Below, piece after piece: positions 9,725 to 19,544 of a DNA stretch of 64,000 nucleotides. The stretch lies in contig CBDFIJ010000004.1 in assembly GCA_965248055.1 (NCBI GenBank), positions 3,168,001-3,232,000 of the forward strand, read 5' to 3'. Source of the DNA: Candidatus Multivoradales bacterium (GTDB lineage: Bacteria; Acidobacteriota; Thermoanaerobaculia; Multivoradales; JAHEKO01). Positions within the stretch are counted from its first letter, which is position 1; each line of letters begins with the position of its first letter. The position numbers were made by a program, and so were the translations under genes. The notes beneath the pieces are model-generated. The model made no database searches and was not told the DNA's origin. It saw nothing but the letters and a program-made list of their open reading frames with translations.

Positions 9725-10436
9725 TGTCCTAGATCAGTACCTTTGAGACAGTTGGCGGGAGCACGACCCCTGGGTCGAGTTTTCTAAGGTACCTTGCCGG
9801 GGGTTTTCTTTTCAAGCTCTTGTGCGGCCTGTAGGTGTTGTAGAGGTCCTGGAATCTCTGGATGTAAGGTCTCAAAGCCGAGACAGTATCGGGTAGCTCA
9901 TACATTTCATAAAACTCTCCTCTCCAGGTTTCCTGCATTCGTTCGACGGTGCCGTTGAGCTTCGGACTCTTTGGCGGCAGCACATAGAGGGTGATGCCTC
10001 TATCTCGGCAGGCTTTCTCAAATTCATCCATAAATTCACTACCACCGTCCACTTGGATCGAGGTGATGTCAAACGGACACTCGGCAATGACTTTGTCTAA
10101 AAAGTGTGCTGCACAGCGAGAAGTGGCACGTTGATAGATCTCTCCCACTGTCCACCGGCTGACCGGACAGGAGGCTGAAAAGTGTTTGAGCCACTTGCCT
10201 GGAGCAGGGACCAGATGCAGCGTGTCGATCTGCAGTCGCTCGCCAGGGCGCGTTGGTCGGGGACACCATTTCGGCAGTCGCTGAGCGTGGAGCCGGCGCA
10301 TACGCCGGGAGTTTTTGTACTTCTGGCGCCGGTAGCGTACCCGGTGGATTACCCCTCGATCCATTAGTTTGCGCAAGATACGCCCGACAGTGGCTTCTGA
10401 TACCTCAAAGCCCTCGCCCTGGATCAGCGGCGCTAG
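9725..10436 (-). mobile_element. 3' half of IS481-like element type A, broken at the same CTAG
   Basis: Matches the 3' part of 43372-44623 including end TGTCCTAGATC; ORF 9729-10376 is the transposase C-terminus. Confidence 0.9.
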
Positions 10437-12063
10437 CCTGGATAATTCACGAGTTTAAATGACAAAGGGGGCGAAATCCGATTAAATCGTAGTTGTTCAA
10501 AGACTTACGACAAAACCGAGAGGACGCCCCCCGATGACAGAGTGTAACGCACAACTAACGCTAGGTTTTCATCCTAATCTGCCGGTGTGTGTGAGCTTCA
10601 ACGGTCCCGATATTTCTTCAGACGGCGGTGGACTTTTGCTGCGTCAGGTCGATGACCGTCTGGCTCTTACGTCTGGGTTTGCCGCCTGTCTAGCCGACAC
10701 CCGAGAGGCGTCTCGTGTGCTGCACGACCGTCACGAGCAGACCCGTCAGCGGTTGTATCAGATCGCCTTAGGCTATGAAGACTGTAACGACGCCGATACG
10801 CTCAGACACGATCCATTGCTTAAGACAGTGTGTGATCGGACACCCAATGATCCAGTAGGTCTGTCCTCCCAGCCGACGCTGTCACGGTTTGAGAATGCTC
10901 CAGATGGCTTGACGTTAAGACGCTTAACGCGTTGGCTGGAACAGAGCTGGATTGACGCCTTGCCAGAGTCGACAAGCGAGATCATCTTGGATATCGACGC
11001 TACCGATGATGAAACCCACGGCCAGCAGCAGCGTTCCTTCTTCCACGGCTTCTACGATCACCACATGTACCACCCGCTGATGGTCTACGACGGCGACAGT
11101 GGACAGCTCGTTAGTGCCTTCTTGCGTCCGGGTAACACTCACTCCAGCCGCGGTGCTTTGGGCTTGCTGCGACGATTGATCGGTCGCCTTAAACAGCGTT
11201 TTCCCGAAGTCGCTATCGTGGTGCGAGGAGATGCCGGTTTCGCCATGCCTAAGCTCATGAAAGCACTTGAAAAGCTTGATGTGGACTACCTGTTTGGCAT
11301 CGCCAAGAACGCTCGGCTCAAACGCCTTGCCGAACCGACGATGGATTGGGCCGAAGAGATGTTTGATCGCTCAGAGACTACCGTCAAGCGGTTCACCAGC
11401 TTCGAGTACGCCGCTCGAAGCTGGCCCTATACTCGACGCATCATCGCCAAGGCCGAACACTCGGCCTTTGGACCCAATCCGCGCTTCGTGGTCACTTCGC
11501 TCGAAGGCTTCGACGCCGAAACGCTCTATCGAGCCTACACCCAGCGCGGTTTGTGCGAACTCTGGATCAAGGACTTCAAATGCGCTCTGGCGGCTGATCG
11601 GCTTTCGTGCTCAAGCTTTGCCGCCAATAGCTTCCGTCTCTTGCTCCACGCGGCCGCCTACCGACTCCTTCACGCCCTTAGACAAGAAGCTGCCATGGTC
11701 TCTCCAGAACTCGGCCGAGCCCAATTCGATACCCTTAGGCTTCGATTGCTCAAAGTAGCAGCGATTGTGCGCCAAAGTGTACGGCGCTTGTCGATCCAGT
11801 TACCCAGAGCCTACCCCTGGAGCTACGCCTTCGCCTGGCTCGCTCAGCGCATCAACGCTCCGCCTCTTCTCGCCTGAAAAACCCCAGACAGAACAACTGC
11901 CTCCTTTTTCAACTCCACCGTCGAACTGTGTCCGAACCTCGCTCTACCAACACTCACAAACGCCTTCTCGCCATTAGCCTCTGACAACCAAACATTTTCA
12001 ACTGCTCAGCGTGACCAAAACTGACCTTCTCAATACAAATTCAAACCTCATGAATAATGCAGG
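10437..12063 (+). mobile_element. IS1380-family element, copy 2 (1627 bp)
   Basis: Same IRs as copy 1; CTAG at 10433-10436 and 12064-12067. Confidence 0.93.
10534..11877 (+). CDS. IS1380-family DDE transposase
   Basis: Same as 2830-4173 except QFDT vs QFDI. Confidence 0.93.
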   Translation: MTECNAQLTLGFHPNLPVCVSFNGPDISSDGGGLLLRQVDDRLALTSGFAACLADTREASRVLHDRHEQTRQRLYQIALGYEDCNDADTLRHDPLLKTVCDRTPNDPVGLSSQPTLSRFENAPDGLTLRRLTRWLEQSWIDALPESTSEIILDIDATDDETHGQQQRSFFHGFYDHHMYHPLMVYDGDSGQLVSAFLRPGNTHSSRGALGLLRRLIGRLKQRFPEVAIVVRGDAGFAMPKLMKALEKLDVDYLFGIAKNARLKRLAEPTMDWAEEMFDRSETTVKRFTSFEYAARSWPYTRRIIAKAEHSAFGPNPRFVVTSLEGFDAETLYRAYTQRGLCELWIKDFKCALAADRLSCSSFAANSFRLLLHAAAYRLLHALRQEAAMVSPELGRAQFDTLRLRLLKVAAIVRQSVRRLSIQLPRAYPWSYAFAWLAQRINAPPLLA

Positions 12064-12114
12064 CTAGTTCCAATTTTCTCCACGTGTCCGTTGGATCGGC
12101 TACGCGGAAAGCTG

Positions 12115-12303
12115 GAAAGCCCGCGCCCCCCCTGCCGCCCGCCGGGATGACGAGGAGGGGTGCTGTCGGGATGACCGAGAAGGGGTGCCATGCCAGGACT
12201 GCAGAGCTGTTGTTTGGCAAGGGCGGGCGAAGTGATTCATCAGAGACCGCCACTGCCCCCACGTCATCCTGAGCGTAGGCCGAAGGCCGGAGTCGAAGGA
12301 TCT
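12115..12303. repeat. REP-like (CGTC-type) palindromic repeats
   Basis: CGCCGGGATGACG (12140), GTCGGGATGACC (12165), CGTCATCCTGAGCGTAGGCCGAAGGCCGGAGTCGAAGGATCT (12262-12303); related to 41505-41750. Confidence 0.6.
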
Positions 12304-12382
12304 CGATGTTCCGCTGAGGCGTCCATGTCGGCTCCCGAGTACCGGGTGACCCAGCCGACTCTCGGTCGACTCCAGAGAGCTA

Positions 12383-13072
12383 CTACTGATCCCAACTGAC
12401 TCGCACCGCCGAGCCGTCGCCGTCGTCGTCAGCACTAATCGACACCACTACGGTTCGCCCGTCGCTTTCGTGTTGTCCGTTGATGGTGATGCTTTCTGGG
12501 GACTCGGTGACGGTTAGAGAATAGCTCGCCGATTCCAAACGCTGGCGGTAGAAGTCGCCGAGGGTGGAAAAATTGGTCGCTGTCTCGGCAATGTAGAGCC
12601 CTGTGTCCGGACCTGACATCAAGACTTGAGGCTTAATACCCGAAGCTACAGGGACCCATTCCGGAAGTGATTGATCGGCGCCAGCACCGTAGACCGTTTC
12701 TTCACCGTCTTGATTGTTGCGCACCGTGACGCCGGTTTCAGGATTGACTTCTACCGTTCCTTCTTCGCTCTCAAAGGAAATTCGACCAGCGGCAATCTCA
12801 GACCAGTCGAGAGTGACCTGCTTGCCGCTCTTGGTGTCGCGAATGGTCATAGTGCCGTCATCATGGGTTTCCACCAACTCCAGGTGGGGGTTGGCCTTGA
12901 GCAGTAGCTCGACCGCGGTAGACGGGTTTTCTGAGATGTCTTCCAACACTTCTTTGGCTTTCTTGCCGACGAAATAGGTACAGGTTGTGAATCCGATTCC
13001 GGCCAATAAGAGGAATGCTAGGCAGCCAACCGCTAGCCATCCGAGTGCTCCGAACTTTTTCTTGGTCGCCAT
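12383..13072 (-). CDS. Membrane-anchored hypothetical protein
   Basis: AGGAG RBS; basic N-terminus plus one TM helix, then a soluble domain. Confidence 0.8.
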   Translation of the reverse strand: MATKKKFGALGWLAVGCLAFLLLAGIGFTTCTYFVGKKAKEVLEDISENPSTAVELLLKANPHLELVETHDDGTMTIRDTKSGKQVTLDWSEIAAGRISFESEEGTVEVNPETGVTVRNNQDGEETVYGAGADQSLPEWVPVASGIKPQVLMSGPDTGLYIAETATNFSTLGDFYRQRLESASYSLTVTESPESITINGQHESDGRTVVVSISADDDGDGSAVRVSWDQ

Positions 13073-13389
13073 GTTTTAACTCCTTGGTCGAATGAGATTG
13101 TCAGGATTTCGTTGGGCCGTAGTGTGTCGAGGCGCACTCGCTAAGCGCTTAATTCTATGGTACATTTCTGCAGCGTTAGAGCATAGCGTCTCGTTGTGAG
13201 ACCAAAGTGGGTGCAGGTCGGTGTTGGCGGTCATCGTTCTGCTGCGTGATTGTCGCAACAATTGCCAGAGTGAAACGGTGTCCAGTCGTTGCTTCGGGGC
13301 CCCAATTGGCAGCTAGCCAGCGTCGCTTGTTCTAACGCAACGGTGCCGATTATGTTGATCGAGACCGAAACTAGGAGAGATGCTTATCT

Positions 13390-13668
13390 ATGACGACGAC
13401 TGAACGAAGAAAACGCGAACCCAGTGTCACCGAGCAGAAATTTACTGCCGAAATTGTGGGTCGAGCGCTGGACAGCCTAAATTCCGAGAACGGCCGTCAG
13501 AGTCACCGAACCCTGGCGAAAGTAACCCGGATGTCGGCGCAGTCCATCGGCCTGATTGTCAGTGGCAAGCAGTATCCGAAGCTGTCGCAGTTGCTCAGCT
13601 TTCTTGATGCTGTAGATGCGGAACTGGAGGACTTTGTCGCGACGTTACGGAGACTAACTGCCAGCTAG
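13390..13668 (+). CDS. XRE/Cro-type HTH protein
   Basis: SHRTLAKVTRMSAQSIGLIVSGKQYPKLSQL fits the XRE HTH pattern; AGGAG upstream. Confidence 0.75.
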   Translation: MTTTERRKREPSVTEQKFTAEIVGRALDSLNSENGRQSHRTLAKVTRMSAQSIGLIVSGKQYPKLSQLLSFLDAVDAELEDFVATLRRLTAS

Positions 13669-13747
13669 TCCAAACCGGTACTAGGTACCGAGGGCTCGCG
13701 GACTAGAGGTTTGTGGCGGCCTGGGATCTAAACAAAGCCGAAGGAGG

Positions 13748-13990
13748 GTGATGATGGAAACGAGTTTGAGATCGATTACTAACACGGTACCTTGGCTCGC
13801 GAAGTTTGTAGATCCGACGCTGCAACCTGGCGATCCTGGTTACGGTAAACCGGTTATGCCGACCTGGCCTAAGCCAGACAAACCAAAGCCAGCCAAACCA
13901 AAGCCGCCGCTTACGCCGGTCGATCCAAGTCCTTCGCCGGGGCCGAAGCCCGGTGAAGGTAGTGTGCCGCCGAGTGAGGTGATCCCTTGA
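13748..13990 (+). CDS. Small proline-rich hypothetical protein
   Basis: Strong AAGGAGG RBS before GTGATGATG; Pro/Lys-rich. Confidence 0.55.
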   Translation: MMMETSLRSITNTVPWLAKFVDPTLQPGDPGYGKPVMPTWPKPDKPKPAKPKPPLTPVDPSPSPGPKPGEGSVPPSEVIP

Positions 13991-14171
13991 CGAGTGGGTC
14001 AGCTTAGTCAAGCTTGGATGTAATTTCGCCCGATTCGCGGAGGGAATGAAACAAAACGATTTGGACGGTTGATCTCCCAGGGGTACCGAGCGGAATCGGC
14101 GCGCCGCGGTTCCTGGTGCGGATAGACTCCGGCGACCTGAGAAGAACTCAGGGTAAAAGGAGAATCACACC

Positions 14172-14498
14172 ATGGCGAATACCCGCCGGAATTTTGACAG
14201 CTATCGAGTCCAGTACACCGCGGCCAACGGGGATAAACCCTTGGCGCGCATTGTTTGCTATGGCGGTGACGAGGTTGCTGGGATGATTACCTTTCATCAG
14301 GATGAGGCCATCGTGCCAGCGGCCCAGGTGTTCCAAGAGGACAAAGTCCACATTGGCTACGCCATTCATCGCTATTGCGAAGTGATGGATCTATTGCGTA
14401 ATGAGGCGCCCCTAGAGCTTTATCTCGACCCGGAAGCCGGTTGGGGAGCGATCTTGACTTGTGAGATGGAGCCGGTTGGAGAAGACGACGAGCAATAG
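14172..14498 (+). CDS. Hypothetical protein
   Basis: AAGGAG RBS, ATG start, globular composition. Confidence 0.75.
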   Translation: MANTRRNFDSYRVQYTAANGDKPLARIVCYGGDEVAGMITFHQDEAIVPAAQVFQEDKVHIGYAIHRYCEVMDLLRNEAPLELYLDPEAGWGAILTCEMEPVGEDDEQ

Positions 14499-14620
14499 CA
14501 GGGCTGGCGCTAGTAGGCGCCATCGATTGCCGGGGTCTTGTCTTGGTCAGAGTCTTGATTCGTTGGACCCCTGATCAGTTCTTTGCGGTCCAAGAACAAC
14601 CGCGTTGACGGGTAGGCCGA

Positions 14621-16222
14621 TTAGCCTGATTTGCGCGCTCGCTCGAACGCTGCCGCTAGCGCTCCCAGCTTCTGCTCGGGATGCTTGCGGCGATATTCCT
14701 TGAGGTCTGCGGTCGAACCGTCGACTTGGGCGCCCTCGGGGAGCAACGAGATCCGCTTTCGCCTGCGATCAATCGATACGATCTGTACCCGAATCGCTTT
14801 GCCACGGGGATAGACCCGCTGCGGAGAGGCGTCGCTAGGCAGTGTCAGTGAGGAGCTGGGGATGAGGCCGGACAGGCCGGGCGCGATCTCCACCAAGACT
14901 CCAAATTTCTCGGCTCTCTCCACCTTACCGTCAACCGCGTCGCCTTCGTTGAACTGGTCTATTTCCTTCCAAGGGTCGGGTTCCAGAGCCTTGCGCGACA
15001 GGGAGATTCTCTTGCCACCCTTTTCGACCTTGAGGATCTTGACCTCCACCTCTTGGTCCTCCGTCAGGACCTCGGAAGGATGCTCCACGCGCGACCGAGC
15101 AATCTCGGACACGTGCAAGAGGCCTTGAACGCCGCCCAGATCAACAAAGGCACCAAAGTCGGTGATCGAGGCTACGGTGCCCGAGACCACGGCGCCTTCC
15201 TTGATCGTCGCCATCGCTTGTTTCCGCTGAACCGATCGCTTGGCCCTGATCGCCGCAGCGCGAGACACCACGATTCGTTTGCCGCCATTGCGGATTTCCA
15301 GCACTAGGAAATCGAGTTCCTGATCGACATAGCTGGCGGGATCTTCGGGTTCCGCTAGAGAGATTGCGGAGCGCGGACAAAATGCTGGAGTTTGGTCGAT
15401 CGCGACGTGGAACCCACCTTGATTCCATCCGATGACTTTACCGTTGACCAGCTGTCGGGCCTTGCGAGCCTCGTCGAGAGCTGCGATTTCGGGGCTGAGC
15501 GGGACCGGTGCCGGCTTTGGCTTTTGTTTCTTGGCCGCAGCCGCTGGAGCTGCCTTAGCGGGCTTTTCCGCGGCTTGATTAGCCTGTGCGTCGGGAGCAT
15601 CCTCGGAACTAGCACTCTCTGCGACAGCGATATCAACGGCAGTGGTATCAACCGCAGTGGCATCAGGAGCAGGTTTGTCAGGTGCTTCCTCTGCGGCAGC
15701 AACACTGACTGCACTGTCTGCGCTGTCTGTGCTGGCCGCGGTCGGCTCGGCTGGCTCAGGCTGTTTTGCGGGCTGATCCTCAGGCTGATCTTCCGACTGG
15801 GGCACCTCAACCGGTTCCTCAACTGGCCTCTCGATTGTCCCCTCGGCTGGAGAATCCGGGCTCTCGGTGGCAACCGCCTCGATTGTCACTTCCTCGATTG
15901 TCACTTCCTCGATTGTCGCAGCGTCGATGGTCGAAGTTTCTTGGACGGAATCGTCCGCGCTCGCTGCAACCGTCTCGGGTGCCTTGCTACCAGGGTTCGC
16001 CCCTTCAGAGTCGGCAACATCAACGTCAGTGACCTTAGAGTTAGTGACCTCAGAGTCAGTGGCGTTGGCTTGCGCTTCGTTGCTGTCGTCGCTGCTCGGC
16101 TCGGCGACCTCTGTGGGTTCCTGCGCTACGACCTCGGCCTTCGCTGGATCTACCGCTGCTTCTTCGGTTGGCTGTGCTTCTGTTTCGCTGGGCGGAGTGC
16201 CTTGTTCGGGTGTGTCGCTCAT
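14621..16222 (-). CDS. S1 RNA-binding domain protein (RpsA-like, three S1 domains) with long acidic N-terminus
   Basis: ITDFGAFVDLGGVQGLLHVSEI, KFGVLVEIAPGLSGLIP, RISLS motifs; about 240 aa acidic/Ala/Pro leader with TIEEV repeats. Confidence 0.88.
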   Translation of the reverse strand: MSDTPEQGTPPSETEAQPTEEAAVDPAKAEVVAQEPTEVAEPSSDDSNEAQANATDSEVTNSKVTDVDVADSEGANPGSKAPETVAASADDSVQETSTIDAATIEEVTIEEVTIEAVATESPDSPAEGTIERPVEEPVEVPQSEDQPEDQPAKQPEPAEPTAASTDSADSAVSVAAAEEAPDKPAPDATAVDTTAVDIAVAESASSEDAPDAQANQAAEKPAKAAPAAAAKKQKPKPAPVPLSPEIAALDEARKARQLVNGKVIGWNQGGFHVAIDQTPAFCPRSAISLAEPEDPASYVDQELDFLVLEIRNGGKRIVVSRAAAIRAKRSVQRKQAMATIKEGAVVSGTVASITDFGAFVDLGGVQGLLHVSEIARSRVEHPSEVLTEDQEVEVKILKVEKGGKRISLSRKALEPDPWKEIDQFNEGDAVDGKVERAEKFGVLVEIAPGLSGLIPSSSLTLPSDASPQRVYPRGKAIRVQIVSIDRRRKRISLLPEGAQVDGSTADLKEYRRKHPEQKLGALAAAFERARKSG

Positions 16223-16283
16223 GAGTTCCTCTGACGGGGTTAGATCCTACTGCTGTTGGGAATCGTTGATTGGATTCGGGAGC

Positions 16284-16913
16284 TTAGCCGGACGCAAGAG
16301 AGCCATCCAGCCCGAGTTCTTGGGAAATTTCCTGCATCGCGTTCAGGACCTCGGCAACGTGGTCCCACAAGTCTAGAGTGTCGTGGAAGCAAACGCGGCT
16401 GAACTGTTCGGTAGCCAACGCCACTTCTGCTCGGTCGACGCCGCGGGCGAAGGCCTTTTCCCTCCAGCGCTTCTTCAGCGACTTCAGCTTTACCTCGCCG
16501 ACGTTCTTGCTGGGGCGGACCAGAGCCGAGGCCGAGATCAAGCCGGTGATCTCGTCGCAGGCCAGGAGGGCGAAGTCGATCGGTTGTGTGGGGGCAACGC
16601 CGGTGCCCTCTTCGTTGTGCGCCAAGATCGCCTGAACTACCGGTTCCGGACAACCGCGTGCGCGCAGCAGCTCGGCTCCATTTTTGGGGTGTTCTTCGAG
16701 AGATGGGTGGATCTCCCAATCGTAGTCGTGCAGCAAACCGGCTAATCCCCACATCGAAGCATCTTCACCCAGACGATCTGCGTAGCGCCGCATCGCTGCT
16801 TCAACCGCCAGCATGTGGCGCTGCAAGCCCAAATTCTGGACGTGCTCGCAAACCGTGGACCAAGCCTGTTCTCGTTGCATCGGTTCGTTATCCAAGTTTG
16901 GCAAAGGTGACAT
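16284..16913 (-). CDS. HD-domain (HDIG-like) hydrolase
   Basis: RHMLAVE, GLLHDYD, AILAH, ACDEITG. Confidence 0.9.
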   Translation of the reverse strand: MSPLPNLDNEPMQREQAWSTVCEHVQNLGLQRHMLAVEAAMRRYADRLGEDASMWGLAGLLHDYDWEIHPSLEEHPKNGAELLRARGCPEPVVQAILAHNEEGTGVAPTQPIDFALLACDEITGLISASALVRPSKNVGEVKLKSLKKRWREKAFARGVDRAEVALATEQFSRVCFHDTLDLWDHVAEVLNAMQEISQELGLDGSLASG

Positions 16914-17217
16914 GCACCTCGGCCACTTGCTTGTCGTTTTGAACGATGGAGGATCGGGCGAAGGCCATGGTGCGACCGTTCTTAGTCACCGTCGGGATCG
17001 CTTCGATTCGACCCAGTTGAGCCCGTCGCATCAATTGCACCTGGACATCGACCGGAACCACCGGTGCTGCAACCGCCGAAGCAGCGGCGACTTCGCCCAA
17101 GGTGGTCAGGACTGCGAAGTGAATCGTTCCCGGAGCGACTTCATGCTCCGGGCCTGCATCTAGCAACACCCCGCCACCAGGTCGAGGCTGCATCCCTAAT
17201 CGATCGTTAAAAGACAT
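16888..17217 (-). CDS. PaaI-like hotdog thioesterase
   Basis: GTIHFAVLTTLGE, KNGRTMAF; start set at MSFNDRLG. Confidence 0.75.
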   Translation of the reverse strand: MSFNDRLGMQPRPGGGVLLDAGPEHEVAPGTIHFAVLTTLGEVAAASAVAAPVVPVDVQVQLMRRAQLGRIEAIPTVTKNGRTMAFARSSIVQNDKQVAEVHVTFAKLG

Positions 17218-17350
17218 CGCGAAAGTTGAAAGTGGTGTGGGTGGCTCGCCACGAAGTTGACCGTCTCGGTCGGGGGGCAAATCACCGAGGGGCGATAGTA
17301 TCAATCCTGGCGGCTAAAGCGATGCGCCAGCCGCGAATTGGGGAGAATCC

Positions 17351-18073
17351 ATGCAACTACTTTTGGTCAGCAACTCGCTGTGCTTTGGTCGTGGTTATTT
17401 AGATCACACAGAATCGGTGGTGAAACGACATTTTGCTGCTGCTGGCGGAGGAACCATTGCTTTCGTGCCGTTCGCCGTCCACGATCAACAGGGATACGGG
17501 GAACGAGTTACAGCGCGACTCGCGGAATTGGATCTGCACGCAACAACGGTCACCGCAGATCAGGTCGGACTCGATCTGCTCAGCAGTGCCTCAGGAATCT
17601 TTGTTGGTGGTGGCAACACCTTTCGTTTACTCGATCAACTGCGTTGTCACCGAATGCTCGAGGTGATCCGCGCTCGGGTGGAGTCTGGCGTTCCCTACAT
17701 GGGTTCAAGCGCTGGGTCGGGCATTGCCGCTCCCACCATCAAGACCTCCAATGACATGCCGATCGTTCAACCGGACAGTTTTGATTCTCTGGGACTGGTC
17801 GACTACCAACTCAATTTGCACTACATCGATACCGATCCCGGCTCGCAGCACATGGGCGAGACCCGCCAGCAACGGCTAGAGGAATATCTAGAAGAAAATT
17901 CAACACCGGTGGTGGCGCTGCGCGAGGGCGCCTGGATCGAAGTGCGCGGCGAAGAACACCGGGTCGGCGGTGAGACCGGTGGCTTGGTGTTTCAGCGGGG
18001 AAGTGAGCCCCTGCCGCTCACCGCTGGCGATCGGTTGGAGTGGCAAGGCGAGTCAAAACTAACGGTTCGCTAG
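17351..18073 (+). CDS. pepE: Dipeptidase E (peptidase S51)
   Basis: VGGGNTFRLL, GSSAG, IKTSNDMPI, HMGETR. Confidence 0.93.
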   Translation: MQLLLVSNSLCFGRGYLDHTESVVKRHFAAAGGGTIAFVPFAVHDQQGYGERVTARLAELDLHATTVTADQVGLDLLSSASGIFVGGGNTFRLLDQLRCHRMLEVIRARVESGVPYMGSSAGSGIAAPTIKTSNDMPIVQPDSFDSLGLVDYQLNLHYIDTDPGSQHMGETRQQRLEEYLEENSTPVVALREGAWIEVRGEEHRVGGETGGLVFQRGSEPLPLTAGDRLEWQGESKLTVR

Positions 18074-18191
18074 GCTGAAGCGATTTAGGTGCAGCGACTC
18101 ATCTCATCTGGCACTTGTTGCACCTCTTGCCCATGGCACTTGTTGGGCAGCTTGGATACTGATCACACCCATTCCGCAACAATTCGAGTTC

Positions 18192-18914
18192 TTGATCCTT
18201 CCTCGTGAGATACTTCGTTCTTTGATGAACCTTGCGCCCCTTCTTCTCTTGCTGGTGGCGGGTGTCCCGAGTCAACCAGCCAACAGTCCCTGTAGTCGGG
18301 ATTGCGAAACTCATGTCCACATCATTGTGGGAAGCGAGCAAGAAGGTCCGATCCCAGACTCTCCTTTCTTTCTCGGTGGCGGGCTTGCTCTGCTACTTGC
18401 GCTCGTCGGCTGGTCGGATCAGATCCGTGGTCTTAGTCGCACCGCCCGAGAACGGGAGGTGCAGTTGCTGAGAACCTACGGAATCGAGTGGGCCAAGATC
18501 CAAACTGTCATTCGGCCCCAAGATGAGGACAACCCTTTGGATCGATTGGTTGATCTACTTCGGCTCCTCCCAACTGGAATCGGCGATGAAGTAGGGGCTC
18601 GACTGATCCACAACTTTCAGACCCTTCACCAGATCAGCATGCGACTCTCAAGTCTGTCTACAATTCGCTACTGGCTATTGTTCAGTTTAAGTGTCCAAAT
18701 GCTAGTAGCGGGGGTTCATCTAGGCTCAAGTTGGCTTCCACTTACAGGGCACTACTTCCACTACGCTGCCGGCTCCCTGATCGTCGTAGTCATACTTATC
18801 CTCACTTTGCTCGTAGGACGAGGAGAGTCACGCTTTGAAGTTACCATTGGCCATATCGAGGATGATCTCCGTCTAGCTAGCGACGAAAAAACTCGAGAGG
18901 ATCATGGGCGGTAG
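18192..18914 (+). CDS. Multi-pass membrane hypothetical protein, first gene of the QueC-like operon
   Basis: 3-4 hydrophobic segments; overlaps the next ORF by 11 nt; alternative ATG at 18225. Confidence 0.72.
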   Translation: MILPREILRSLMNLAPLLLLLVAGVPSQPANSPCSRDCETHVHIIVGSEQEGPIPDSPFFLGGGLALLLALVGWSDQIRGLSRTAREREVQLLRTYGIEWAKIQTVIRPQDEDNPLDRLVDLLRLLPTGIGDEVGARLIHNFQTLHQISMRLSSLSTIRYWLLFSLSVQMLVAGVHLGSSWLPLTGHYFHYAAGSLIVVVILILTLLVGRGESRFEVTIGHIEDDLRLASDEKTREDHGR

Positions 18915-19275
18915 GCGAGGGGGCAGCCTAACCAACTTAGTAGGTGCTGGGGGCCCAGTAACTAGCGCCAAAGGTGCGCTGACTCGTGCCATTACCAAGG
19001 GCGAACCCAATGCTATCGCTAGCGCCTCCGCTAAGCTCCTAGCCTCCAGTGAACTAGGCCTCGAAGGTCTTCTCTATGGGCTTCGAATTACCCCCTATCT
19101 AGAAGGCAATGCTGAGCGCTTAGGTGGACTTTCGAGGACTGACCGCGAAGAGGACATTAGGGCCGCTTGGGCTGACATCAAGAAACGCACCGAACTACAG
19201 ACAACACAAGAAGTAGACAACGTTGTCGTCAGTGCTGCAATCAACACTCTGGGCAAACCGAGGGGTCCGGACTAG
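18904..19275 (+). CDS. Hypothetical protein with N-terminal Gly motif (MGGRRGGS), QatB-like candidate
   Basis: GAGG RBS; Gly-rich N-terminus then helical region; lies upstream of the QueC-like gene. Confidence 0.7.
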   Translation: MGGRRGGSLTNLVGAGGPVTSAKGALTRAITKGEPNAIASASAKLLASSELGLEGLLYGLRITPYLEGNAERLGGLSRTDREEDIRAAWADIKKRTELQTTQEVDNVVVSAAINTLGKPRGPD

Positions 19276-19544
19276 TGCCCCCCATAACGATGCAAGGGCT
19301 CGTTTCCGGAATGGTGTTTCAGTTCTTGGACTCTCTCCGCAAGTCACGAGACCTTGAGGAGCGCCACGCGCTCTTGTCCCGGACAGCGAAGGGCGCAACC
19401 ACACGTGAACTGCATCGTCTTTCAGCTTCCACTGCGAAATACATTCTCAACTCTGGACTTGACCTTGAATCCATCGGCACGGAGCAAATCGAGAAGGCTA
19501 TTGAACTAGCTCTTTCAAATAATGTTGATAACTCAAAAACTTAA
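19275..19544 (+). CDS. Small helical hypothetical protein (may be the frameshifted C-terminus of 18904-19275)
   Basis: TAG/GTG 1-nt overlap with the previous ORF; overlaps the QueC-like start. Confidence 0.6.
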   Translation: MPPITMQGLVSGMVFQFLDSLRKSRDLEERHALLSRTAKGATTRELHRLSASTAKYILNSGLDLESIGTEQIEKAIELALSNNVDNSKT

